64,000 nucleotides of DNA from the human T2T-CHM13v2.0 reference genome, Homo sapiens. A program made the position numbers and the translations under genes. Below, in pieces: positions 11,897 to 24,717 of the stretch. Each line of letters opens with the position of its first letter. Positions within the stretch are counted from its first letter, which is position 1. The stretch is taken from assembly GCF_009914755.1 (NCBI RefSeq), contig NC_060930.1. One strand, written 5' to 3'. Under the pieces are notes generated by a model. The model was not told the DNA's origin, searched no databases, and worked only from the letters and a program-made list of their open reading frames with translations.

Positions 11897-14861
11897 GCAG
11901 GTTTTTTAAGACAGTTCGATTTTCAAATCCTCTGTTTTACTCAAGAGTCTAAGTAAAGCTTGGATACAAATTCATTTTTGCACTATCTTACATAGAGTAG
12001 ACAATGCATAAACATCTCTTGACTGATGCAACCAACTTTCCCCACAATATGCCAGTCACAGAAGTAACCCAGACACATATTCAGTCTGGCATTTCTATAA
12101 ATAACCAGATGCCCCATTTGGGAAATGTGCTCTATAAATAGCAAGCCTTGTTCTAAAAGGGTACTGGGAATCTTGATTCCTGAAACAGGTCTTTTAAACT
12201 CATCCCTCATGCCAAGTGGGGATTAACTTCTGACACTGGTTCCAGATTATTGTTCCAGAAAGGAGCTTTTGCTAAGAGCAGGGATGAGGTGATCAGTGGG
12301 AAGCAATTTTGCACACTGAAGCAATAGAGACAAACAGGGTGCTTCTCCTCCCAGGATTTCAGCAGAGCCTCATTGTTTACTTGTCTGAAGACTTCATTAG
12401 GTCTTTGCAGGCTTGATATGTGAGTTGAAGATGTCAAAGAAAATAATATATATATATTTGGCAAATAGGGTAGGAATCATCTGGTAGATTGGAGTAGCAG
12501 GTGTTGGTACTAATTAAAGACCTGTTCAAAGCAGTTCACTTGTACATGCTCCTGTCACTTCTCTGAAAGATACCTAGACTTTCTTTAAAGCAATCTTAGT
12601 GGTCTCACCAGAAGGGATCATCAGAGGAGAGTTATTGCTGTCTCCCAGTCCACAAACCACTGTCCTCGATGCCTGATGACTTCAGTAGTTTGGTTATAAA
12701 GGGTGTATGCTGTGTGGTGCTCCAAACTGGAAATGACTTATCAGAAATGTGTTCATCTCTATCACCTGCCTCAAAGGCAGGCTTGTGAAAGAGGGACCCG
12801 AGAGTCAGGAAGGGGCTGGCTTCCCTTGCAACCCACCACCCTCATTCAAATTATGCTTGGTTTGAGAAACTTGCCTTCTGTTGAGTACCTATGTACTAGA
12901 AAAATGTCATAATGCAAGGCCACTGTAACACTGCAGCATAGAAAATAAATAGGTATAATTTATATTCCTTTACAGGGGATTTGATTTGAGTCTGTGATTA
13001 CAAGGTACCTGGCTCTAGGACCTGTCTGCCCTTGTCATGATGGTCCTGTTACTGTAAAAAGGACACTGGGAGTCATGTTCTTGCATTTCATGGTCAGATT
13101 GCTATTGCTAAAGACACAGAAGGTATATTTCTATCCCCAGAATGCAAACAGGAGACTTAGCCTTTCACCCTTATTTTTATTTCCCTTGTATTTTTTTAGC
13201 ATATACACACACAGATAAGAAAGGCAATATATAATTTTACTGTTCTTGCCTGATACATAAAACAATAGGTATAAGTTTTCTTACTTTAATATAATTAATT
13301 TGTATAACATGTTATGCCTATAGATTCAAATTATATTTTTACAAATATTGTACATACATCTTTTCCTGAAAACTTGAGCCTATGAAATGGAATAATCATT
13401 TATGAAGGCATATAATCTGGAATTTGTAAGGTATCCAAGTCAGTATCTTCAAGAATCCAGGCAGCTTCTCATATGTAGGAAGAAATTTCATTTCTATCTA
13501 TGTCCTTCCCTTTATCTACCCTAATGGGAGGAACTCAAGGTGTTCAGGTAGGTAATATTTTTGTGGTTGAATCATAGCATTTTATGTAGCATATGAAAAA
13601 AGGATTAACCTCCATTAACTTCACCTGAGTGCCCCTTGAAGACTTGCTTTGAGACTGATCTATTTATAAAATGCAAGGAAAGGGAGAAAATAAAAGAGAA
13701 TTTTCTTCTGAAAAGAGAGAAAAGACTCAAACTGCAGCTTTGATAATTATTGTCATATAAGTAAAAATATTTTTGTTTAAAAATCCCAACATCCAGGCTG
13801 GCATGGGTGTAGTGGCTAGAGGAACATTCCTTTCATCAGTGAGCAGGAAGATCAATCTACCTCCCCCAAGTCTGGGTGGCTTAGGTAGCTGATTAAAAGC
13901 TAGCATCAGAAAATGCCCTAAATGATTTTTCAAAGAAATGGGTAAAATCCATCTTTTTGAGTGCAAACATTTCTTATTATAGGATGCCTCTGAATGGCCA
14001 GAAATGTGCAAATGACCTTTTAAGAAAGTGGTTGTTGTGTGATAAGTAGAAAGGTGTTGCCAGAAGTTTAATTGAGTAAAGAATGGCTGGAACATCCAGC
14101 TTCAGATAGTCTACCTGACTGCAGGATGGAATTACGCACAGCCCAGTAGGAAAGATGACCTTCCTCTTCCACGATGCCATGCACCAGTGTTTAAAACCCA
14201 GTGGGCCATTGCAGGTATACATTGTGGAAGGTATTGCTGGTAAATGTGTTCTGGCCAATGTGCACAGCCCTGCAAATGCCTCATGATCATACGCAAACAG
14301 ACACAGCCCGTGTTGCAGCTGTAGCAGAAATATATTTAGATATATCATCCAAACACTGTGGGTTTGAGTTTTAGAAACTAAATAATCATGCATCTTCCTA
14401 TGTACCCTTTCTCAATCAAGAAGATGAAACACAAGTGGAAAAGGTCTCTCTCCTGAGGCTACTTTGCAAGTAAGGAGGCTAGACGTGAGGCAAGAAGCAA
14501 CAGAATTTTCCTTCCTTCCTGAGTGCTAATTATGTATCTCCCAACAACCCTTGTCTTCCATCTTCCTTACTGACTCCTGGGTCACTGATAGATGCAGGTG
14601 ACATCTAGTTTTAAATTTCTGCTTTCAATTTCATTGTCTTTATTGGCATGACAAGGTGTCCAAGTGTTGCAAAAATTAATACATCATGACTATGTCATAG
14701 TACAAGTAGTGTTGGTGTCTGTTTCATATGATTTATTATTTTTGTGACAGTGACAATACTGACTTCTTGTAGGCTGTCCTAGTCTTTATTCTTTTAGCCA
14801 AGAATTGTGCAGATCTACAGTTATCACTTACTAACCCAAGTCAATGTACTAGTTTTGATAG

Positions 14862-15380
<519 letters not shown>

Positions 15381-15942
15381 TAATGTGAGCATATTTTACT
15401 TATTCAGAAAGAAATAAAAGTATTTAAAAAACAAATAATCCAAGCAGGTGTGATATGCAGGATGCACCAGAAAAGGAAACCTGGAGGAATTGTTTGGATG
15501 TTATCATAGTAATCAGGTCTGAGATGAAGAGCTCCTGCCCTTGGAATTGAGAGTAGACGGGATGGATCAGCAAACACAGCCCTGGCTTTGAGGACTGAAT
15601 GAGGGCAGGAATGCGATTGGGCCATGCTGTGGCAGCAGGCAGGGAACCCTTTCAGGAAGAGGGTCCTTCCATCAGGGCTTTTTCCTCCCAGACTCTTCGG
15701 CTGTCATTATTGTTTTCCTACCCCCATTTCCGCCTCCTTTCTTTCTTTCCACCGTCATAGCTGTCCCAATGAATTCCAAATCGGAACTCCTCCTCTATCT
15801 TCCTTATTTTTACAGTTTCCACTCATTAGAGACTTTCTAATTTCTGTGTAAGATTTCCAATATATTTTAAGGATTTGTCTACCATAATTCCTCTCTTCTG
15901 TTTTAGTGGAGCCCAACCCTCTGTCAGTTTTGGCTTCAGGAA

Positions 15943-16398
15943 CGTGGCAGATTATTTACACAGAGTGTGGTAATAACACCTCTCATCCCTGCATGTATTC
16001 TCCTGTGACTTACTGCTTCTCCCATCGAGAGTTGGAACTTATTTCCCCACACTTTGAGTCTGGGCTGGTCTTGTGACTGGCTTTGGCCAACAGAATGTGG
16101 CAGAAGTGACAGTGTAAGAATTTGGAAGCTTCTGCTCTCACCCTCTTGGAATGCTGCTCTGAGACAACCATGTCAAGGTACACTGTATGGCAATGTGGTA
16201 GAGAAGCCAGCTTCCCTGACTGCATCCTATGCAAATCACCAGAGATGTGAGAGGGGCCATAGTTGAACTTCCAGATGCCTACAATGGCATGAATGACTTG
16301 GCAATTGTTAAACCACAGAAGTACAAGAAAATCAATTGCATTATGTTAAGCAACTAAGTTCTGGATGGTGTGTTTTGCAGCAATAGAGAACTGAACCA
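15943..16398 (+). mobile_element. MLT1 (MLT1H-like) MaLR solo LTR
   Basis: Contains 'gtgactggctttggccaacagaatgtggcagaagtgac' and ends 'gcagcaatagagaactgaacca'. The TSD is aggaa/aggat. Confidence 0.85.
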
Positions 16399-17069
16399 AG
16401 GATTCTGATTAAATGTGGTTTTAGATCATTCCTTCTTGTTTGTCATTAGAAGTAGCTGTGAATTCACAAACTGGCCAGGTGGCAGTCACAGTTAAGGCAG
16501 AAAACAGCAGCTGAGCAGGTAGAAACCCTGGACCTGTCGCTCCTAAAGCCGTTCCTTCCCATAAATAGCAGCATAATTGGCACCAGCAGTTTTCCTGTAG
16601 AAGACACCATTCTTTTCACTTACTGTGCAAATATATACAGCAGAGGTCACAATTTCATTTCTATCTTTTATTGGTAGTTACTATCAAGACCAGTGTACAT
16701 GCTCCTTCCAATGCTAGATTATTTTCAGTGAAACTTCAGGAATATAGGCATTGACAAGATTTTCTTGTCTGCAAAGAAATGCCTTCTTGAATTAGAAGTG
16801 AAGGTGGTTGAGTTGCTGTTGTAACTTCTAGAAGCAAATGATGTACAGAAGAGAAAGGAGACAGAGCAGGAGTGGATCCACAATGAGCCTGTGTCACATC
16901 AAATGACCCCTAAGTCTAGAACCAAATACAGCTCCCAGGAATTTGATTTGGAATATGATAGTGCAGGGCACAGAAACTTAACCATCCACAGGGATAAGAG
17001 TAGTCACATTAAAAGAGGCAGTCATTTGGGTGAACAATAAGTGGTGGAGACTGCTGTGCAGAGAGCACA

Positions 17070-17270
17070 TGGAGTGTCCAAAGGGGTCAATTGCTGCTCT
17101 GGTCTATTGATTTTTTGGAATAAAAGCCCAATGTAGTCAGGACCTCCAATTTTTCAAGAGAAGCTAAAAATGAGATGAATCCATGGAAGTTTTAAATGCT
17201 ACCTGATAATTTTGGAAGAATGTAAAACCCTGAGAAGGCCTCACAAATCATGCCTGAAGGATATCTGTTG
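17070..17270. mobile_element. Possible MER103-like hAT remnant
   Basis: 'ccaatttttcaagagaagctaaaaat' resembles the MER103 core. Confidence 0.4.
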
Positions 17271-17954
17271 GTGATGTCTGATAAATATAGTTAGAAACGG
17301 TATTCACTATATTTAAGCGCTGGTAGATTCATGATGTTTAGCAGCTGGAATGCCAACTATAGCCATAGTGCTGGGCCCTGCTTGACCAGGGCTTAAACTT
17401 TAGTTGCTGGATAATGAGGAGCTATGGAAGATATGGGGACAGGGGCTGGGGAACTGGGGCCATGGAGTGGCACTCAGGTGAGTCTGAGAGACAATGATTA
17501 TTTCCCAACCAGTGTGGAATCATTCAGTATCTTAACAAGTGGTAGGGTCTACTCGTATGTACCAGATCCTTATGAGCCCTGTAGCAAAGAGAGTGAGTTC
17601 ACAGTATCCAATGGTTTTTTTTTAGTCTTTTATTTTCATTTCCACTGTTGAAAGCAAAAAGATTAATGTAAAATTCTGCTGTTGACTATTATAGCTGTTC
17701 TTGCTGTTGTTCCCAAATGGCTCCTCTATTGCCCAGCAATTGTCTCCACGGCAACTACTTATGTTTTTGTAAATCTCAGATTGCAATGAAATGGGGAGGA
17801 AGCAAGAGTAAAGGCAAAATCTTTATAAGCCAAGATTTTCTTTTAAACACGGAAAATGTTTCTAATTAAAGTGCAAATCCTTTGCTTCCCAATTTATAGC
17901 CATACCTTGAGTGTCTGAGTACTGATTATAACCTAGACAAACGAAATGTCAGCT

Positions 17955-18100
17955 CGCTCAATCAAATCTTTATTAAATATCCACTGTGTATCTAGCACTT
18001 TGCTTGGTGAATCAGGAATACAAAAGAAAAACCAAGCTCTAAAAGATGTCAAAATTTGTTGGGAAAACAAAACAGATAAGAAAGAAATACCTGAATCAGA
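17955..18100 (-). mobile_element. L2 3' end fragment
   Basis: Contains 'tcaatcaaatctttattaaatatccactgtgtatctagcactttgc'. Confidence 0.6.
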
Positions 18101-18349
18101 GTACAAAAAGAGAGTGGATTGATCTGAGTGGAGGTTCATATTGAAGAATGATGGCAGGCGAGCTGAGGAAAGCAGAAAAAAATTGGATTGTAAGCTGACA
18201 AAGCTTACCTTCTGGACCTAAGTACTCTGAGGTTTAACTTAAACCAGTCTCCTCTCTTTCCATAAGACACTGCCACAGCTATTCTCATCATGCCCTATAG
18301 TGATTGTTGGAAGCCCAGATTTCCCAGATAATTCTCCATCATCCCAGTA

Positions 18350-18588
18350 CAGGTTGAACATCCCAAATTCAAAAATCTGAAATCTGAAGCACTCACAAAT
18401 TTGAAACCTTTTGAGCACTGACATGATGCTCAAAGGAAATGCTCATTGGAGCATTCCCAATTTCAGATTTTCAGATTAGAGATGCTGAACTGGTAAGCAT
18501 AATGCAAATATTCTAAAATCGAAAAAAAAAAATCCCGAGTCCAAGCACTTCTGATCCCAAGCATTTCAGATAAGGGATATTCAACCTG
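18350..18588. mobile_element. Tigger4a/MER46A TcMar-Tigger MITE
   Basis: TIRs 'caggttgaacatccc' and 'gggatattcaacctg' are flanked by TA on both sides. Internal sequence includes 'gctcaaaggaaatgctcattggagcatt'. Confidence 0.9.
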
Positions 18589-18679
18589 TATATATATTGT
18601 TGAGCATATCACCTAATGTGACCTGATCTATCTCCCTCCCATGCCATTTTCCCACATGCTTGGATTGTGCTCTCTGTAG

Positions 18680-19290
18680 AACATAGTAAGTCAACAATAA
18701 CTGCCTCTAACAAACCTCAATCTCTCTTCTGAACATTACCTTCACTCATCATCTAGCTATAACTGAATTTGGCTGCTCCCTGGAGACATTGCCTTTCTTG
18801 AAATACTGCCAAATAAAGCCTCTTCCACCTGCCTTCACCTCTGAACCCATGTACCAGGATCAGCAGCAGAGTTTATGACCCTTTTGCTCTCTGTTTACTT
18901 TTTAAAATCTTTTATCTTCCTTATTTATTAAAACAAAACAAAACAAAAAGAACAAAGAAAGAAACCAGGCCTTTTGAAAATCAGACTGCCATATTGCCCC
19001 TCCTCCGTGCTATCAGTGGAGACTTCCAGGATATAGCCATTATATATTAACACTGGACCACTGTTGTCTTCTCCATTGTTATTTTTGCTATAATTCTGGG
19101 CAATTTCAAATTCCAGGTAGATAATTTATCTAACACATTGACCCATTAGTTTTGTGGCCTCTTCAACAGCAATGATCTTTTACTCCATATGAAACTATGC
19201 ACTCCATGGATACATTACTACTTTTGTTACTGCCCTAAGTTTTGCATTTCTGAAACTCAATTTCAGGTATCCAACGTCTAAATTCCATCT
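18680..19290 (+). mobile_element. L2 ORF remnant, endonuclease region
   Basis: 'ataattctgggcaatttcaaattccaggtagat' translates to ILGNFKFQVD, resembling the L2 APE-endonuclease motif ILGDFNIHVD. Upstream 'ctagctataactgaa' resembles LALTE. Confidence 0.65.
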
Positions 19291-19295
19291 CTTGC

Positions 19296-19683
19296 TGGTA
19301 CCCCTACTACTCACACGTGCACAAAGCCTGAGAGTGACCGATTCTAACCCCTAGCTTCATTATAATACTAAAAATCACATCCAGGGATGGAGATTTAACA
19401 TGCCAATGAGGCATGCAACACATGAAGAAGCATGTTATCCAACTGCACAGGCGCTGATAGATCCTGCCTCTGCATGCTAAAACATCTCTCCTTTCCTGCT
19501 ATAGCCCCTCTTATACTGTCCTTCCAGCTCCCTTTGGGAAGCCAGCCAGATAATTTTTCCTCTTATGCTGACTCCCTTGTGCTCAAGCATAAGCCCCAAT
19601 AAAGCCTTGTCTGGGAAACTTTTTGGCCTCATGTAAATTCAGAATCTATTGCTTGAGAGCCTAACAGCCCATGGTCGATAACA
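19296..19683 (+). mobile_element. ERV1-class LTR (MER67-like), inserted in L2
   Basis: Has the polyA signal 'cccaataaagcc' and the 3' end 'cccatggtcgataaca'. The 5' boundary and subfamily are uncertain. Confidence 0.6.
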
Positions 19684-19819
19684 TTTTTAGCTTACTTTTT
19701 CTGCTATTGCTAGCCGAAGAAACTTTCAAACATTTTGGGACATACAGCCTCTCAACTCTATCAAATTTACTCCCCTTTACTCCTCTCTTTGTTACCTCTC
19801 CTCACTCATAAAAAATGTT

Positions 19820-21790
19820 TACAGTAACAATATTTCAAACATAAAAGATGAAAAAAGATTAATGTGCTGAAAATCCATTTTTTCATTATCTGAACTAAAA
19901 TATGAAACTCCTTTTTGATCTAATTTCTACCTCCATTGCCTCCAAAGTAACCACAATACTGAATATCTTTTCATGTTTAAATTATCTTTTTAAAATCATT
20001 TTTAAGTATACAGTTCTACTTTTACTACATATGTATGTTTCCCTAAAGATATATAAAATTGTTTAGCACGTTTTTAGATTTTATAAGAATTGTTTTATAC
20101 TGTATATATTCTACGAAGTGTCTTTGTTGATCTAAGTTAAGTTTATGAAATTTACTTGTGTTGGTATGTGGACCTATTTCCAACCATTTCACCATTCTCA
20201 TTTGTTGTACGTTATTCCATAGAATAAATATACCACATTTGATTCATTCATTCTTCTATTAACGGACCTTAGGTTGTTGTTATTGTGGAGGTTTTTTTTC
20301 TATTACAAACAATTTTGATCTTATGGATTCTCTCCTTTAATTTATTATCATGTCACACTATTTAAACTAATGTTTGCCTATTGAGAAAATAAAAATAGCT
20401 CACAGCAGTCTGAGCTATGTGAGGTATGCAAAATGTATCAGGCCCAGAGAAACATCAGTCTGGGACTTCAATCATTCCCTCCCTGACACACCCATGCCTG
20501 GGGCGGGTAGTTGAAAGGCATTTTGTTCCTTACTAGCTGCCTCCTGCGTTGGCTTTATGTCCTGGAATTTGTAATACAAAGAACAATGTATAGCCAATCA
20601 ATAGTTTATGTTATTTTAATGTAAATTCTTGGTAAAAAAAAATTTAGAAACTGCCTCTTCTTTTCCTTTATAAATCCACTTACAACTCATGCTAATCAGA
20701 GTGTATATTCAGGGCAATTTGGATCTGTGTTCTGGGTTCGCAATCCTCAAGCTTGGGCCAAATCAACTCTCTATTTATATTAAGTTTGCCTCAGGTGTTT
20801 TTTTGTAGATCAATACTACTGGACTCTCAGAATAAACCCAATTAGGCTATACTGAATTTATTTTTAAAAACACTGTGTATTTAGTTTGATAAAATGTTTT
20901 CATCTATACTCATAAATGTGATGATATGTGATTTCCTTTCCTGTGCGTGTGCTCTTTAGGGAAGCTTCTATTAGAAAATCAGACTCACCAACTTCATATG
21001 AGTTACAGATTGTTCCTTCTGTTTCTATTCCCTGGAAGGGTTTGAATAGATTAAAATTATATATAACTTGAATATTCAGTAGGTATCACCAATAAAAGGC
21101 TTAGTATTATGTGTTTTTATGGGTAGATTTAAAATTGCTTATTCAAATCTTTAATGATTGTAAGCCTTTTTCAATTTTTATTTGGAATTAGCTTTAGAAA
21201 GTTATAGTTTTCTAGAAAATAATTTACTTCCTCTTAGTTTTCACAGCTATTATCCTGAACTTCTTTCAGCATTCTTTATTATCTTTCCAATTTCTCCTTC
21301 ATGTGTAGTTACAGACCTCCTCATTTCAGATATGTATTTTCTTGCTTTTCCTTTTTCAGCCATGTCAAAGATTTAGTACTTTTTCAACCTTTTCAAAAAA
21401 ACTGCTTTTGCTTTTTTTGATCTATTCTATGTATACTTGTTTTCAAATTCATTTATTTTATTTTATTGCTTTATTCATTCTATTTTCTCAGTGTTTAGTC
21501 AGCTTTTCTTCCTTGTAATAGCTTATAAATTTTCAAACAGTCCACTAAGTATTGCTGTATCTATTATTCCAAAAATGTTGCTAGATTGCATTTTTGTTTC
21601 TGAAGAGTTCTAAGTATTTTTACATTTCTCTTATGATTATTTTTTTGACCTATGACTTATTTAGAAGAACGTATTTAATTTCCAGATAGATAATATGTTT
21701 CAGTAATTTTGTAGCAGATGTCTACCTTAGTTGTATTGTGATTAAAGTTAATGGATTCTGTGATATTAATTTTATAAAATTTGTTTTATG
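19820..21790 (-). mobile_element. Old L1M fragments, interrupted by an LTR
   Basis: T-rich antisense L1 signatures: 'ataccacattttgattcattcattcttctattaacggaccttaggttg' and 'ttttttgacctatgacttatttagaag'. Confidence 0.65.
20382..20815 (+). mobile_element. Solo LTR (LTR47/MER72-like)
   Basis: Starts 'tgagaaaataaaaatagctcacagcagtctgagctatgtgagg' and contains CCAAT and TATA-like boxes. The 4-bp TSD is ctat/ctac. Confidence 0.75.
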
Positions 21791-21799
21791 CTGTACTCC

Positions 21800-22116
21800 A
21801 TAATCATTTTTTTCTAAAACATTTTTTCTACTTTGGAGTCAGAAGCACCACATTTTCTTGTTTTTCTTTCTATCCCACTAGATTTCCCTTTTCAGTCTTT
21901 TTTTGCAGGTGCTTCTTTTTCTGTCAAACTTCTAAATTTGGGGCTGCCATAGGGACTGGTTCTTAACCCTCCCTTCCATCCCATCTTAAGTGATTACACT
22001 TGTGCCATTTCTTTATCTACTGTCTATATACCACACCTGAATTCATGTATGTAGTTCCTATTCTCTTCTTTCAAGTTCAAATGCGCATATTCAGTTCAAT
22101 AACTCCCCCTGGATAT
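21800..22116 (+). mobile_element. L2 remnant, RT region
   Basis: 'ggggctgccatagggactggttcttaaccctccc' is a decayed version of the GVPQGSVLGPLLF-coding motif. Confidence 0.65.
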
Positions 22117-22598
22117 TGAGGTACAGTGGAAAATGCCTCCTCCTACACTCACCCCCGAGAAAAGGATATCCAAGAATCTGTGGAAAAGGTTTCCAAGAAT
22201 TTGGAAAAAGAGTCTGCAAATATGACTAAATTAATGATCTTGATAAAAGAAAATTATCCTGGATTATTGATGTGGATCCTAAATACAATCATATATGTCC
22301 CTGTAAGAGAGAGGCTGACAAAATTTCACAAGGACAGAAGAAAAGACACAAAGAAGAGGAGAAGGAAATGTGACCATGGAGCCAAAGAGAACTAACAGCC
22401 TCTGGAAGACAGAATTGGCAAGAAATGAATTCTGCCAGAGCTTCCAGAGGAAGTCTGTCTCTGCTAACACCTTGCATTTGGCCCAGTGAAATCGATTTTG
22501 TATTTCTGGCCTCCAGGACCATGAGAGAATAAAGTTCTGTTGTTTTAAGCCGTCAGGTTTGTGGGAATTTGTTACTGCAGCCCTAGGAAACTAATGTA
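22117..22598 (+). mobile_element. MLT1B/C-like MaLR solo LTR
   Basis: Contains 'gagaataaagttctgttgttttaagccgtcaggtttgtgggaatttgttactgcagccctaggaaactaa'. Confidence 0.88.
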
Positions 22599-22659
22599 TA
22601 TGTCCAATGGGCATCTTTAAATACATCTAATGTATATGTCCAATGGGCATCTTAGTTTC

Positions 22660-23285
22660 CTGCTTTAAAGCAGAGCTCTCGAGTTCCTCCCCAATCCTGT
22701 TCTCTTCTTAGTTGCCATTTTCATTTCCAATAAATAAGCTAGAAGTGATCCTTACTATTTCTTTTTTCCTCTCTCTACTCAACCAATTCAATAGCATATC
22801 TAGTTGACATTACCTTCAAAATCTAATCTAAACATTTTCCTATCTTCTCTGCTACCTCCAGTCCAAGCCGCTATTATCTCTCACCTGGATTACTATGATA
22901 GTCTTCTGTAAGAATGCTGCACTTCTAACTTTGCCACCAAACAGTCCATTCTCCACATATGTACCAAAGTTATCTGTCAAAAATGTAAATCAGAAGAAAG
23001 TCTCCCTTACTTCAAACACCCCAGTGAATTTCTTTGGCATTAAACTAAAATCCAAACTACTTATAAGAACTTGTATGACCTGCCCTTGACTGTCTCCTCT
23101 AAGTCTTCCCTGTCCTGTACTCTGTTCTGTCCTTCACCTACACTATGCTTGTTCTAGGTCTCAGCCTTTGCACTTGTTCCTGCCTCTCCCTGGAACTGTC
23201 TATCACAGTATTTTTCATGAGAAGATACTAATCTCCTCATTATTCAGACCAAATATCACCTCCTCAGAGAATCAGTCACTCTGTA
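22660..23285 (+). mobile_element. L2 remnant, distal body
   Basis: Contains 'ccagtccaagccgctattatctctcacctggattactatgatagtcttct' and 'ctttgcacttgttcctgcctctccctggaac'. Confidence 0.75.
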
Positions 23286-23359
23286 TGTCTATTTCTATAT
23301 CTTTATATTTTTCTAGCTCTATCTTTGTCTCTACTACTATCCTATTTCTCTTTCAACCT

Positions 23360-23436
23360 ATTATCTATCTATCATCTATCTATCTTCTATATCTATCTAT
23401 CATCTATCTCTATTTAGCTATCTATCATCTATCTAT

Positions 23437-23491
<55 letters not shown>

Positions 23492-23523
23492 GTCTATCTA
23501 TCTATCCATCCCTCCATCCATCT
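23360..23523. repeat. Complex (TCTA)n/(TCCA)n tetranucleotide STR
   Basis: A pure TATC run at about 23451-23490 lies within degenerate TCTA/TCA units and is followed by TCCA units. Confidence 0.95.
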
Positions 23524-23650
23524 GCAGGATTGAGGGTGGGAATAAACAGTGTAGGCTTCTATTTGGCCATCTTGTTCCACCTTCCTATTCATCAATCTAT
23601 CTTTCTATCTATCATATATCTTTCTTTCTATCAGTCATATCTGGATCTAT

Positions 23651-23849
23651 AGCTATGCTAGCCAATAAACTTTCTGGGATAATAAAAGTGTTTTCCTGTG
23701 CTATCTAATACGGTGGCAGGAACTATATGTGGTGACTGCCCTTGAAATATTTAGTATGACTAAAAAATTGAATTTTTAAAATTTAACTTTAATCCATTTA
23801 AGTTTAAATAGCTACATGTGGCTAGTGGCTACCTTACTGATCACTACAG
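23651..23849. mobile_element. MER3 (hAT-Charlie MITE)
   Basis: Contains 'ccaataaactttctgggataataaaagtg' and 'tttaaatagctacatgtggctagtggctacc'. Confidence 0.8.
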
Positions 23850-23899
23850 AGCTAAAGCAAACCCCAATCCAGTCCTTTCCCAAAGCAGTAATTATATAT

Positions 23900-24066
23900 C
23901 TTATTGTCTTGTTTCATTTTATCCATAGAATTCCTTAGTATCTGAAATGATCTCATTTTTTCATTTGTTTACATATTTATTTTCAATTGTCTTCTTGCTA
24001 TGAAGTAAGAGCTATGAGAGCAGGGAGCTCATCTGTTCTAGTCTCCACAGTTTGTCCAGGGCTTAA
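23900..24066 (+). mobile_element. L2 3' end
   Basis: Contains 'gtaagagctatgagagcagggagctcatctgttctagtc...tgtccagggctta'. Confidence 0.65.
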
Positions 24067-24167
24067 TTTTGTAGTCATAATTATAGCTAAAGCCATGTCA
24101 GGAGGTTCCAGCAACTTTGATGTAAATGCCTGACTTTGCCATTATTTAACATGTGATCAGAGATGTT

Positions 24168-24385
24168 AATACTAGCTAACATTTAATGAATACTTTTACA
24201 TCAGATTTTGAGTTAAGCAATTAACAATTGCTACCTGACTATACAATAATCCTATTGAGATGTTATTGTAATCTTCACTTTATAGATGAAGAAATTAAAG
24301 CTTAAAGAGACTCAGTAATTTAGAATTCAAGCCTAGGTCTATTTGAAACTTAAATTCTTACTTATTGCCACTCGGCAATATTGCT
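24168..24385 (-). mobile_element. MIR
   Basis: Contains 'cactttatagatgaagaaattaaagcttaaagag'. Confidence 0.7.
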
Positions 24386-24501
24386 TCTGTTTCTCCAGGA
24401 AAAATCTAAAAATTGAGAAAGTTTAGTTTAGATGATGTTTTACTTTTTTTTAGCATTAATATTTCTGTAACTCTATGACTTAGAAAATAATATTTTTTTT
24501 A

Positions 24502-24717
24502 CAGGGTCAACAACTATAGCCATAGGCCAAGTCCGGCTTGCTTCTTGTTTTTGTAAATAAAGTTTTATTAGAACACACGTATGCTCATGTGTTTCTATAT
24601 TGTCTGTGACTGTGTCTATGCTACACAGGCTGAATAGTTGTGATAGAGAATTTATGGGTTGCAAAGCTTGAAATAATTATCATCTGGCCCTTTACAGAAA
24701 AAGTTTGCTGACCATTG
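24502..24717. mobile_element. MER58A (hAT-Charlie MITE)
   Basis: Contains 'tttttgtaaataaagttttattagaacac' and 'tctggccctttacagaaaaagtttgctgacc'. Confidence 0.9.

Noticed and set aside
13727-14393. Overlapping 122-aa and 138-aa minus-strand ORFs in unique DNA
   Set aside because: There is no recognisable domain or clear gene structure, and these lengths are compatible with chance in 64 kb.
16715-16830. Possible spliced exon after 'attttcag'
   Set aside because: Splice-like motifs occur frequently by chance and cannot be supported without transcript data.
23168-23533. 121-aa hydrophobic ORF with IYLS repeats
   Set aside because: It is the translation of the TCTA microsatellite.
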